Shown here piece by piece: positions 1 through 12,654 of a stretch of DNA of 64,000 bases. The notes beneath the pieces are model-generated. The model was not told the DNA's origin, did no database searches, and saw only the letters and a list, made by a program, of their open reading frames with translations. This DNA comes from Vitrella brassicaformis CCMP3155. Lineage: Eukaryota; Protista; Chromerida. Positions within the stretch are counted from its first letter, which is position 1, and each line of letters begins with the position of its first letter. The stretch is from the NCBI GenBank assembly GCA_001179505.1, contig CDMY01000243.1, forward strand, positions 558,001 through 622,000, written 5' to 3'. The position numbers and the translations under genes are program-made.

Positions 1-3000
1 TGATGGCGGGCATCATCAAGAAGGAGGTGCCACCCTGGGTGGACTCTAGCCTCATCGTAGGCTTCAACATCACAGCCGTCGTGGGCAAAGCAAACTTCAT
101 GGCCGCAATGGTACGTGGGTGTATACATACAGGCACATATACGCACGGCAGTACGTCTCTGCGTGTTTCTCGCTGTCTCTCTTCGTTCCATGTCTGCAGT
201 TCACCTTTGTCGATGAAAACGGCACTCGATGGGCTCATCTGCTGGACAGTCGCATCAAGGCCAACACCGACTATCGGGTCTCGGTGGTCCGCAAACTAGT
301 ACACGAACTGGTGCCGCCCATGGAGCACGACCGTGATGCCGAGAAGAAAGCCGAGGAGCTCTTGAAGAACCTGTCGGATACGGTCAAGGACGAGCTGGGT
401 GGTGGTGAAGAGGCCAGGGACGTGCTTGAGGAGGAAATTCCCAAGCAGCCGGAAGGAGTGCTGAGGGCGCTGCTGCCGCCCCACGTCAACCCGAAAAGCA
501 TTAAAGCCATCCTGCTCACACCGACTGATGAAGGGGAAGGCGCCGAGACGATCCGTGTCGTCCCTGTACGCATTCATTCATGCATGCCAAATGCGCTGAT
601 CCAACAATTGCACCAATCCGTTTTGTATGTGTGTGTCCCTCAGACGTCATTCGAGGTAACACTCGACGGCAAGACATACGTCATCCTCCACGACGAGCGG
701 CTGGACGCCGACGGCAGCTACACCGCGCGGATCATATACAAGACAGAGGAAGAGGAGAATAAGGAGGCCCTCAATGAAGTGCTCGGGCAGCCCATGGTCC
801 CCGCTGAGAACGGTGTCGTCCGCATCACATTGCCTCCCCACTTCGATGTCAAGCGAATCGTCGCTGTGGGCCTCGATCCCGAGAGCCTGGACCCATCATT
901 CAACGCCACAAAGGTGCGACATGATACATCTGACACAGCAGCGGAGGCAAGACATTGCCTTTATTGGTTTGCAGATGAATACAACGAGAGAGAGTTTTGA
1001 GCTTCTCCTTCTGCTGGAGCAAGGCCGTGGGCACCGCACGTCGAAGGCCACAGTGGCGCCAGTGGTGCTGGTCCTGGAAGACCCGCGCATCTTCAAGGGC
1101 ACGAAATACAAGGCCACGCCATACCTCACCGCAATCCCCCTCCTGCGAGAGCCAGACCACCGTCCACGGCCGAAAAAGCCCACGGGCCCCATCGAGTACA
1201 GGGACGAGTTGGCGTCGAAGGCTGTGGGTCAGGACGGCAAGCTGGTGGTGGCCAAGAAGCCTTTGCTTAAGGGCAGGGAGGAGGAGATTGTGGAGTGGGA
1301 GGTGGTGGAGCTGGACGCGGGTGACGTGCCGGTGGTGATGCAGCTGCTGATGGTCAAGGACTTCACCTACAACAAGGAGGAGTTCACCCTTTTCCACCCG
1401 CGCATCAAGAGTGGCCAGTCATACCGGGCGCTGCCCGGCCTGCCGCTCACGGTGGTCACTGACCTGGGGCTGCACAGCATCAGCGGCACCAACGACACCA
1501 GGATACGTTTGCCGCCCAACCTGCACGTCACGCCACCAGAGGACTTCAAGCACGTGACTGTCATCCCGTCCGAGCCCGGCATCGACCCATCCATCATGCA
1601 CAATGACAGCGTAAGAACACAAATACTTGAGGCAGTGGCAGTGGCAGTGGCAGAAGACAGAGACAAGACTCGGCTGAACTCTCGGTGTGATTTGTTGCCC
1701 TTTGCCTGTGTGTGCAGTTCTATAAGGCTTTGTGGGATCTACTGATCCGGCCTGGTGTGGTGCCTGAAGGTGAGTATCGCGTGCTGGTGGACAGCATTCC
1801 GCCACTGCCGCCACTGAAGGAGAAGGCCCCAGTCGAGATCCCGCCCTTCTGCCGCACCCTCATCACACACATCATATGTAGGCGTGGATGCGAAGGGACA
1901 GCGAGATGCGAGATATGGGGGATTTTGGTGTTTCTGCTAATGACGCGTGTAACTCTCATTCATTTAGGTGTGGGTCGTCCGGACATGACGCCTGGCAAGT
2001 CTGTGAGGCTGCAGCTGCCGGATGATGTCGAAATGTCGCCGCTCCGCACCGTCACTGTCGCACCGCAGAACGCCTCCGCGTCATTTGACCTCACAAAGGA
2101 CGAGGCTCGCCCACACAATTTGATGCTGCTTCTGTCAATGTATTGTGTCTCCGCCTTTCGTTCAGTATGAGCGTCAAAACACAACGGTCGTCATCTACAC
2201 CGGCCGCGTATCCCCTGGTGTGCATCAAGTGTGGGTCAACACGATGGCATCCGACCCATCCAACAAGACGTCGGCCAACGCATCGGTCCTGTCGCGGGCC
2301 ACCGAGTGCCCCGACACCCCTGGGGAGCACGGTTTGACCCCCTTTGTCGTGCTGAGATGGCATACCCCGGGTGGACACACGGTAGTCGAGGGCCGCCTGT
2401 CCGTTGCACTGCCGCATGAGTTCCAGGCTCTCAAGGCAGGGGATGTCAAATGGATCATCATGAGAGGGGGACCTGACAACACGGACGTCAGGCTCAACAG
2501 CACAGACGTGAGAGACATAAGACGAGGAGCTGGCTGCACGATCATTGGGTGCTGTTACTCCTTTGTGTGTCAGTACACGGTCGCCGATGGCCAGGTTCGG
2601 ATTCACGCGAGTCCAGACGCGCTATCTGATGGCCAATACAGCATCGACATTAAGTGCCTCGACGAGAGAAGACCCACAAGGATCATCGGTGGGCAATTGA
2701 ACGCACATACTTTGTGTCGTATGCACATCCCGTGGGTCTGTGTCTATACGGTGATTTATGCAGATCTGGGCATTCACTACGTCAACAACTCGCGCGCTGA
2801 TGTGGTTTTGCCCGGCTCCCTCCACAGCATGCAGAAAGACGAGCTGGTGCACGTGACGCTCACCCCTGCGGCAGGTGGACCGACGATCGAGCTCGATCCG
2901 CCAGAGTATTCCATTGAGGACGGCGTCCTGCACATTCATTCCCCTAAGGTCCCCGACGGACCTTACAGAGTCCATGTCGAAAAGACGCCGGGCGACTATG

Positions 3001-6000
3001 TCATCGAGACGACGGGTATCACACACGAGACGTGCTCGGTGAGGGTTTGTTGCTGCACTTGGTGTCTGGTGCGTATGCAGATTTGGGTCGATATGAGTGT
3101 GTAAACGGCACCATTGTCGTACCTTCGCCGCCAGTACCGGCCAACCTGAGGGAGGAAGACATCGTGGGTGTGTACGTCACCGACCCTGAGACGGGCGAAG
3201 TCATACACCTCCGGCCGGATGAGGTAGCTGATCGACACAGATTCATGCACAGGAAAAAGATATGCTGGCGAGGTTTTTTTCGTCTTTGTGTCGTCAGTAC
3301 TCGATAGTCGACGGCAAGCTCGTGATCCATTCTGACCGTTTGCAAGATGGCAAGATGTATGACGTCAGAATCGACACCAAAAGGAAACCCCCGACACAAA
3401 CACTAGGTGGGTGGAGAGACGCACACATATCGACACGAGCATGTGTTGTGTGAATGCGTGTACGTGTCTGGCGTGGTGTGCAGACTTGGGGCAGAGCGTG
3501 TGTATGAATGGCACCTTGGAGGTGACGGCTCCCGCCGGTCTCACTGAGGATGACATCGAGGCTGTGTATGTGATCGATCCCGAGACAGGAGAGCTTACCC
3601 TACTCACCCCTGACGAGGTTGGTAGTCCTGCACAGACACATTGACGTCCTCATGTAGTGATTAATTGTGCGTGTTTGCGGCAGTATTCGATTGTCGACGG
3701 CAAGCTGGTGATCCGCTCAGACAGGCTTGAGGACGGCAAAACTTATGGCGTCATGATCGAGACGAAGAAGAAAATCACAACCCATCTTATCGGTCGGCAC
3801 ACACAAAGCATCATCAAAGAAATTTCCGTGTGTCTTGTCCCTTGCAGATTTGGGCCCGCACGTGCTGGACAAGGGCCGCATGAGCGTGGGGGTGCCTGCC
3901 AACATCAGCGAAGTGACTGCTGCCTCCCTAATCAAGGTGTTCCTCACACCCAACTTCCCTCTCGTTGTGCCCGAGCCCCCCGAAGCATACACGGACGTGA
4001 AGGTGGTCGGCCCGCCCAAACCGATCCAGCTGCTGGACAATGAGGTTAGCCACCATCATGCCTACATGGCACTCACTGCTCAGCCTACACGGCACCATCC
4101 TGCCTGTCTTGTCTCTGTCTCAGTGGCACCTGGACGGCAGCACGGTGTCGGTGGCGGCACACCATCTTGAGGACGGCGAGTATCAGGTGCATGCCCTTGT
4201 GTCACGACATCCGCCCAACTACAATGAAGGTCGATGACACATAGACTTACACAAACGGAATGAATGGACGCTATGTCTCGGATGTTCATGACCTAAAATG
4301 CAGTTTTGGGTCGCGCCACGGCAGTAGGGAATCGTCTGGAGCTGCCACTGCCGAGCATGGCTGAGAAGGACATCCACTACCTCACTCTTGTGCCCGTCGC
4401 TCCCCACCACGGCCCACCAATCAAGATCCCACTGCCCAGCGACACATACAAGGTGACTTTCGGCGATAAGCTTTTGGTCATCGAGGGATCCGGCATCCGC
4501 GACGGCACCACCTACTTAGCCGAGGCGGTCGGATATCTAGACGGTACACACAAAGCTGGATACATACGAGGACCAAACAGACTGTCGTGTTCTCCACGTG
4601 CAGAGAGTCGGACGTGTTCCACTGGCTTCTTCACCAGCGGGACCGTTACCCCCCGGGGATTTGTGCCGATCGGCCATGAGGCTAACTTCTCTTGCCCAGC
4701 TGGATTCGACTTGCAGCCACCAGACAGCGCACGGCTCGTCTGCCTCAAAGACAAACGATTCGACGGCCCTCTACCCACATGCGAACGTAACACACTACCT
4801 GCAGGACCACACATTCTGTGTGGCATACATGCGCACACACGCATTTGCCTCTTACTGCGTGTGCAGCGATTCCTCTGGCGCAGGAGTATCTGAAGGATCT
4901 CAACCTGCCCCCCGAGGACGTGGCGAAGCTCGTGGGGCTGTTCATCGCCGACCCCGAGCTGCTCAGTGTCATCAGCGACAATCACGCGGTGTACGGCTGG
5001 CAGAATCTGCTCGGGTCTGCTCAGGGCTTTGGCCATCTGGGCGGGGGCAGATCGGAGGGTCCGCGGATCGACAGATACGCAAAGCTGCCCCACTACCCTG
5101 ACGAACACGGGTGAGACATAAGCTAGCGCACTTGTCTCTGTGCGTTCCTTCTAAGCTTCATTTCTGTTTGGATCGTCTGAGGTCAGATGCGGTGTGGGCT
5201 TCAAGTCGAAGGACTTCATGGTCAGCTATCGCGACTTGCCCGTACCGATGTCGCCCAACTTCACCATCGTGCTCGGCTTCAACCCATCGAAAGAGGCGGT
5301 AGATGAGCATGCAGCTCAGCTCAGCTGATACGATACAGAGCACTCCTTTCTTTCTCCCTCTCTGTGGTCAGCTGTCGGCAAGCACGACTGTTGTGGCTGG
5401 CCTTGCCTCCGTGAGCGAAACAGAGGGCACTCTTTTTCTCGACACAACAAAGGCCGTGGGCACACGAGGTGAACCAGCTCCCCATGTCCTCTCGAAAGAG
5501 CGTATGTGTCCATCCTTTGCCTTGTCTCGTGCTGGCTGGTAGACGGTCATCTGTGGTACCAGCGCGACTGCCACGGCCTTCCTATGGCCCTCTCGCAGCT
5601 GCCGCTGGAACCTGCCGAGCACCACGTTGCCGTCACTGTGGATGTCCCATCACCTTCCACCGGGGACGCCCACGGCACGGCGACTTTCTATGCCCTGACT
5701 GGTACCGAGGCCCGCAGGATGCCGATGAGTGCGGATGCTGCCTGTCTGCCCGCCATCGATATGAAGAGGCAGACGGCGCTCATTGTGGGGTGGCACCACG
5801 TCGACAAGACCTATGTGGGAGACATCTCTGCCGTCCTGATGTTTGCCGAGCCACCGACAAACCTCACCGCGTTCGACGCGCTCCTCAACAAGACACGAAG
5901 TACGTCAGCCGGGTGCATCGCACGGGCATCACGCACTGCTGTTGTTTGTCTCCCTCACTGCCCACAGTGTCATCTACCGGAGAGTGCCCTCTCTCTGCCA

Positions 6001-9000
6001 AAGGTATGCACACCCACCTTGATTGCCCCGATGGATGTGATAATGTATGTGTGCAGATGTGTGTGGCGCCTTCCCCGACTATCCCGTCTACGAGGCGGAG
6101 GGATATGGCCACGGCCTCGGTGCCGCACGGCACCTCCGATGCCTCTTCGCACCCATGAGTGCCTACCTTACCGCCCTGTGCACACGCGAGGGATGGCAGC
6201 TCCCCAAAGGCAACTTTTGTCCAGTGATACCCAGTGAGCCATACACATGACATTTGTTCATCCCTCTTGACCCACATGTGTGTATGCAGGTGGTCAGGAG
6301 GAGCCTGCAGCTCTGAGGGATGTGTCATCCATCATCCGCAAGCAGTACCGAGAGGGCACCCGGCTGGCGTACGAAGCACAGCAGCTCATCGACAGGGCCA
6401 AGCAGGAGCACGCCTGGGCCGACACACACAGCGAGACAGACCCCGACACAGCTGCCCGCAGACGCGCCCACGCGGATGCCATGCTCGCACAGGGCAACAA
6501 GCTGATCGATGAGGCCAAACTGGTGCAGCAGCAGGCCCTCGAGTTGGGAAAGCAGGAGGCGCGCGAGGCTCTGCAGAGGGAACGAGAGCTGGAAACCGAG
6601 GCACGTGCGCTGATGGAGGGGGGGCGGGCGAAGGAGGCAGCGGGCCAGGTGCTGGAGGGGCAATTCGAGGGGCTGCTGGCCAAGGGCAAACTGGCGCAGG
6701 CCGAGTGCATCCGACGGGCCCTGCATCACGGTGTAGAGACCGTCGCCAAGGGGGAGAACAAGCTGGCAGAGGCCAACAATCTGGGTATGACGGACTTCCA
6801 GGCCGCCCAGCGGTTGCGACAGCAGGGCGTCAATATGATCGAGAGGGCCGGCAGAAGATTACAGCAGCCAAGAACGGCACCGCGTGTCAGAACATCACTG
6901 AGCTGACGCATCTGTACCTGTTGGATGACCGGCCCTCGGAGCCTGTGACGACACCAGGCACCGCTGGGCCTGGCTACGTTGCCTTAACACTGCCCATCAA
7001 CTGGGTGCTGGACCTCACCAAGAATGTAACGCTCGTCGAGACCACCAGCAACGCATCGCTGGCAGTGGACCCCACGGACACCGACATCCACACAAGCGTC
7101 CGTCGGAAGCACTGCACTCACATATATTACATACTTGAGTGGATTGTCCAAGCAACGGGTTTGTGCCTGTGTGTTCACATGCAGGTGTTGTCGGACGGTG
7201 TTCGTGTCCGTTTCACCGCTACCGAAGATTGTCCTTACATGTTCGACTTCCTCTCCGTCCACCAGGGGCCGGGCAGCAAGATAGATGTGCAGACAGCGGT
7301 GTTTGTCTACTCGCCCAGCAGCCTGCCGCACGACCTGCAGAACCATTCCAGAGCCAACATCCTATCACACACACCCGCGGCTTTCGTTCAGTTGAGGCGG
7401 CACGTGGCCAGGCGAGATGTCCCCACTCTTGAAGAGGACGTCAAGGCCTCGACCGACCTTCCAACAGTGGTGGGTGGGGTATGTATTGGCCTTCCCACAT
7501 AGCTAAGAGAAATGCGTGTCTCACATGACGTATGTATGTGTCTTGCTGTCCAGTTGCCAAGTGTCCCTCCGCCTGCAGCAACGACCCCAACGCCGCCGCA
7601 AGCAGTGAAGGACGAGACGCCAGAAGAGGAAGTGAAGGGTGACGGCAGTGGGCCTGAAGCACCGGTACGTAGTACAAACACGAGCACAGATGAGAGAAAC
7701 AGCCAGGGTTCGTCTGTAGGTGGGTGAAAGCCCGACAGCGCCACCAGCAGCAGGGGAGACACCACCGGCAGCAGAAGGCCCGGAACTAGCAGAAGGCCCG
7801 GAACTAGCGGCACCCAATGGTACACTCGGGGAGCCCTCCGGTCCATCGACGCCCGAGTTGCTAGACCGTCTGCTGGAGGAGGAGGGCCGCTTCTTCGCTG
7901 ATGTGCTGTCCATCCACAGACACGAGCGGCTCTTCGCTCGCGAGGTGGTGCTAAAGCTCGATGCCGACTACCTGCCGGCCACCGAAGGGCCTCCAGGGCC
8001 GCACAGGGAGTGGCGGGTGGCCAAGCCATTCGTGCTGGAGGACCCCACGAATGCCTCCGACCACCTGCTGATCAATACGACCAGAAAGCCCTCATGGATC
8101 AAGGTAGGTATGTCTGTCTGTCTGCGACAAATACATCCCTCTCTCGCTCCCTCCAATTACGTCCGTCCGTGTCTTGTGTGCCCATGCATTCATCTATCAG
8201 TGGACAACGACGTCGGAATCTGACGTACCCTTTTTGCACATTATGTACCTCAACGCGAGCACGAGTCAGCGCCTGCAGAAAATGGCCGTCCATGGGGCAC
8301 TGCACGCCTACGTCGGTCCCCTGGTAGTGCACCTGCTGTCCTCGCCCTACCCAGACGCACTGCCCGACCCCCTCCACGATATTGAGATCACAGTTGGACG
8401 CGACAGGACAGTCAACGGCTCCCAATACCAAGTGCTGGAAGGCAGAACGGGCATGGACGCCATGGTGAAGCCACCCGACACAGCCAAGACGATCGTCGTG
8501 CCATGCAGCCATGCCGATATCACGTGCAAAGTCCAGGTAGATCGAGACATCCACGATAGACTGACTGACCGAGACATCGACCGTGCCATCCCTGTCTTTT
8601 TTGGGCAGTACCGTGTTGGCTCGTCTGGGGCTCTGCTGCCCTACTTGGTGATTAGTGGGCCTGGCCTGGAGGGAATGAAGCGGCGCGGTCTCGAAAGACA
8701 GCCGAAGTTTGAGCCTTTCGATGCCACGACACCACGGAATCTGACACTTACTGGTGTGTTTGATGGCGCGCGGACAGAGATCCGATTCCGACTCCCGCGG
8801 GACACGCCTGTCGATCTGCACCGGTCACTGACGCTGAGGACGGTGGGCGGGGAGAATGCCGCGGTATGGCAAGATGTCTCAGACATCTACGTGGAGGTCA
8901 GCCAGCGCACATCAGATCCATTTATACATACACGAAGCCGGAAGGGAAACACAGATACCACACACTCTTTGTTTTGTCCGTCAATACCTTGATTGCAGTA

Positions 9001-11537
9001 TACCCCCGACGCCCGCGGCAGCTTCCAAGCATGGCTTGTGCTGCGGCCCAAACAAGGTGTGCCGACGGACCTGGGGATTTGCTCACTGCTCAAGTGGCCA
9101 CAGCCCCCGACAGTGACGGACCTGCAGCTGTGCCCCAACACGTCGCAGCTGCCCCACCAGCACATGTCGGTGCCCCTGCTGGCCACCGGTGAAGGTGACA
9201 TTGGCATCAAGCTGCCCACAGGCAGCGTGCCAGACACCAGGCAGCCGATCGTCGTGTGGTTGAGGGAGGGACCCGTGGTTATCAACCCTACCGACGGCAA
9301 CTTCTCCCTCACTGTCAGCCGGCCACCACACAGACAACACACTATTCATATCTCTTTGTGTGTGTGCAGTACACGAGTGGCGCCCAGCTGCATCCCTTCC
9401 TCACCATAAGCCCCAACACTGGCGCGTCGGCCCGGTTCGCATCGACCTTTCCGCGTGGGATGTCGATGCAGACCGTCCAGGTGGTGCAGAGGTGCTCAGG
9501 CACCGACGAGTCCGTCAGCGACACAAGAGACGCCTATCTCTTACCCGAGTCAATGTGCCCTGGCTGGCCTCGTGTCAATCCCTTCCTCTATCGGCTAGAT
9601 GTCAACGCCGCCGTGCCGCTGAGCCGGGCACTGGGCGCCTCTGTGACCTTCTCATGCAACAGGCCGTTTTATCTTCCAGCACAGGGCAACAACGGCATCA
9701 CGGCCGAGGCCAGCCAATGTGTGACGGCGTCAGGGGCAGGGTCAGATCAGCGGCCGCCTGCGAGTGGCAAGGGAGCCAGGATTGCGCCCATGTGGACATC
9801 GCTCAAGTCACTCAAATGCGAACGTACACACACATGTACATGCCACCCACCACACACATACATAAATCTGATTGGTGTCATGCTTTGCTGATTGATGGGA
9901 TGGGTGTAGCTCGGTGTCCGGCGTGGTCCCTTGAGCGTTATGAGGTGGTCAACCCTGCGCATCCTGCTGTGCGGTCGATTCCGGGTGAGGACGTGTTTCC
10001 CATCCGATGCAAGCCGGGGTTCGAGCCCCACTGCCGGCCAGCCGAGGGAGCGGTGCCGCAACTGCCGTCATCTGTCGACGGGCAGCGGTGCTCCAAACGC
10101 GCCAAGTGCACCAACGGACAGTGGAACGCAACCATACAATGCTGGGGTACTGTACACACCTTGTTATATACGTCTCGTGTGTGATCCGATGATGTATTTA
10201 TGGCCGATTGATGGATGTGTGTGTGCAGCTGTAGGCAGTGTGGGTGTGTCTGGAGGACCAGGCAGCGCCAGCAGTAGCCCGTCCCATGTCATCTCAGGGG
10301 CGCCGATGAAACACTTTGTCGCCCTCACCGTTGGCCCCGACCGACCGCCGCAGCCGCCATCGGCAGCGAGCGACGCTATGGCGGTCTCACCACACGGGGG
10401 CCTGGAGGCGGTGGCATGGCCACTCGGCGACCCACACCCCCATCTCAGCGGAGTCCGCAACCTCACCTCGCACACTCTGAGGCTATACCACGCCCCGCTG
10501 GGCGATGACGGCAGCAGAAGGCCGGTGTCTCGTGTGGCTATTGAGACGCAGAGGTACCAGGTGTATCGGTGGGTGCGGCACGTGGCTGGGCGGGTGATGG
10601 CTCCGTTGGAGGTGGGCTGTCGACTGATGCTCGAGAATGCTGGCGACAGGACCGGACGGCGGGGGGCGTTTGACAACGGTGTCGAGGCGCACCAGGAGCA
10701 CTGGAGACACGCCGACAACTGCTTCAAAGGTCAGTACAGTCAGTCCGTGTCTAAGCGGCCATCCATCCATCCATCTATGTATCATGTGTCTGTCATTCTC
10801 CAGGCTCTCTCCGGCTGTTGGCCATCTGGAGACACCAGCTGAATGAAGAGGGTGCCAACACCACCGATATAACAAGACCATACCGCAGCCTCAGCCGATG
10901 GGACAGGCGCGCCCACGACCACGACCCATCAGCACAGTTACTGGACGATATAGATTGGGGGACTATGAGGCACCTGGCGGCTCTCTTTGTGGCTGAGGAG
11001 CAGTATATGAGTTTCGATGCCGCACATAATGTAAAGGAGTGGCGGGACGCCGCACCCGAGCTGATAAGAGGGAGAACAAAACAAGGGGATACTAGCGCTG
11101 ATATGAGGTCGCTGAGGTTGATACAGAGAGAAGATAAATCAAGACCACACTTCGACAAAGACAGGTAGGTGCACAGCGTCTCCCCGCCTGTGTCTCACCC
11201 TCCCGTCTCCTCTCTCATCTCCTCTCCCTGTCTCTGTGTGTGTGCCCCCAGGGGCACGGTGGATTTCTCGTCATTACAGCAGTTTCTGATCTCATCGGAG
11301 CCGCTGTCTTTATTGGATCCGGCGGACCCATCAGGGGGCTTCTCGGTGGCCGTGGTGTTCTCTGCCGATGAGTCTTCGCTGCATGTGGGGACACAGCAGG
11401 TGTTGATCAACTACAGCAGCGGGTACAGGTGCCATCTGGACGTCAACTTCCAGTTCGGTATCAATATGGGCAACGCTGACGGCCTCAACGCTCAGGGCAG
11501 CCACAGCTGTAGGTCGTTTGTCCATGTCCTGCAGTGA
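1..11537 (+). CDS. Giant multi-exon extracellular/surface protein, 5' end outside the window. It has >=9 copies of a ~80-aa beta-rich repeat, sushi/CCP-like domains, LamG-like domains and a coiled-coil exon. The 3' end is uncertain.
   Basis: Chain of coding-like segments joined by GT-AG introns, e.g. 566-643, 1611-1717, 3224-3297, 3618-3683, 4045-4123. Sushi-like GHEANFSCPAGFDLQPPDSARLVCLKDKRFDGPLPTCE (~4670-4790), VTFSCNRPFYL...CE (~9640-9830) and IRCKPGFEP...CTNGQWNATIQC (~10000-10145). LamG-like HHVAVTVD...LIVGWHHVDKTYVGDISAVLMF (~5620-5850). Ala/Glu/Gln/Arg-rich helical exon at 6290-6900. Confidence 0.75.
7771..7806 (+). repeat. 18-bp tandem duplication encoding AEGPEL x2 in a Pro/Glu-rich linker
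   Basis: gcagaaggcccggaacta occurs twice in tandem. Confidence 0.9.
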
Positions 11538-12654
11538 GGGAATGGAGTGAAGGCATGGCGAGTGGGACTGTGCGTGTGCGTGTGCGTGTTGGTGGTCGTG
11601 ACTGTGTCGGCATGGCATTATTGATGGCCGGCCAGTAGGCCCAAACAGACAGACAGACAGACGTCTAGCAGCAACGCAGAAAGATTCTGTATGGCGTTTG
11701 TGAGTTGGTGTGTGTGTCGTGCTGTTTTGGGATCGCCCGCTGACCTCAGTGAATAGGTGTCGTTTTCACTTGCTCTCCTGTCTTGTCTTCTCTGTGTCTG
11801 TGCGTGCATGCCCGTGGGAAGGGATATTTGTCTGTCTGTCTGTGTCTTTCTCTCCAGGGTAACATGTTGGTTTGCGCTTTCGGGCATTCCTACCTACCAT
11901 ACCCACGTACTTAAGACTTACTGGCCTCTGACTGATGTCCTTCATGTCCACAAGTACTGTGGTGCAGTGCATGTCGCATTCATGCAGCCACACACCATTC
12001 AATCTGATCATTGTGTGTGTATCCAGCTGGCCAGTCCAGGAAAGAAAGAAAAATCGCACGGCCGTCGGTCTCTCTGTCTGTCTAGCGTTACCCACACCAA
12101 CATTCATCCATTCGCCCACACCGGCGGAAGGAATGAATGCACTCATTCATTCATGAGAAATACACAGGTCAGATCACAGCTTATAGATAAGATACATCCG
12201 GTCCGGACCCTACACAGCCGGCGGAAGCAGGCAGGCAGGCCGTCGTGCAAACAGACATACGGGCGGGCATAGCCAAACAGTCAGCCAACACCAGCTGAGC
12301 TCTTCGCGTGCTGTCAGCCCGCCGTCGCCGCCCACCCCACAGGCCTTACCGAAAAAGACCCCCCCAACCGCTCACTGGCAACCCCCCACCGACTCCCTCA
12401 CTAGCTTGCTCGCTTCGTTGGACAGACTACCTACTTTACTTACTTGGCTCACACACACTCTCCTCTGCGCGTGACCGTGTGTGTGTCCGTCTATTTTGCC
12501 CTTGATTTCTCCCGCGCTGATGGGCTGGGCGTGGTGGGTCCCTCGTCGGAGCCACCGGGTGGCCCCCACAGCCTACTAAGATCCCACCTCTCACCAGCAC
12601 CCTGATTAACACAGATGCACACATGGGGTTGCCGTCGGGCGCTCGTCTTTCTTC

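Noticed and set aside
11757-12272. 171-aa ORF as a continuation of the giant protein
   Set aside because: Composition looks like intron or UTR simple-repeat sequence, and no convincing in-frame exon chain could be built
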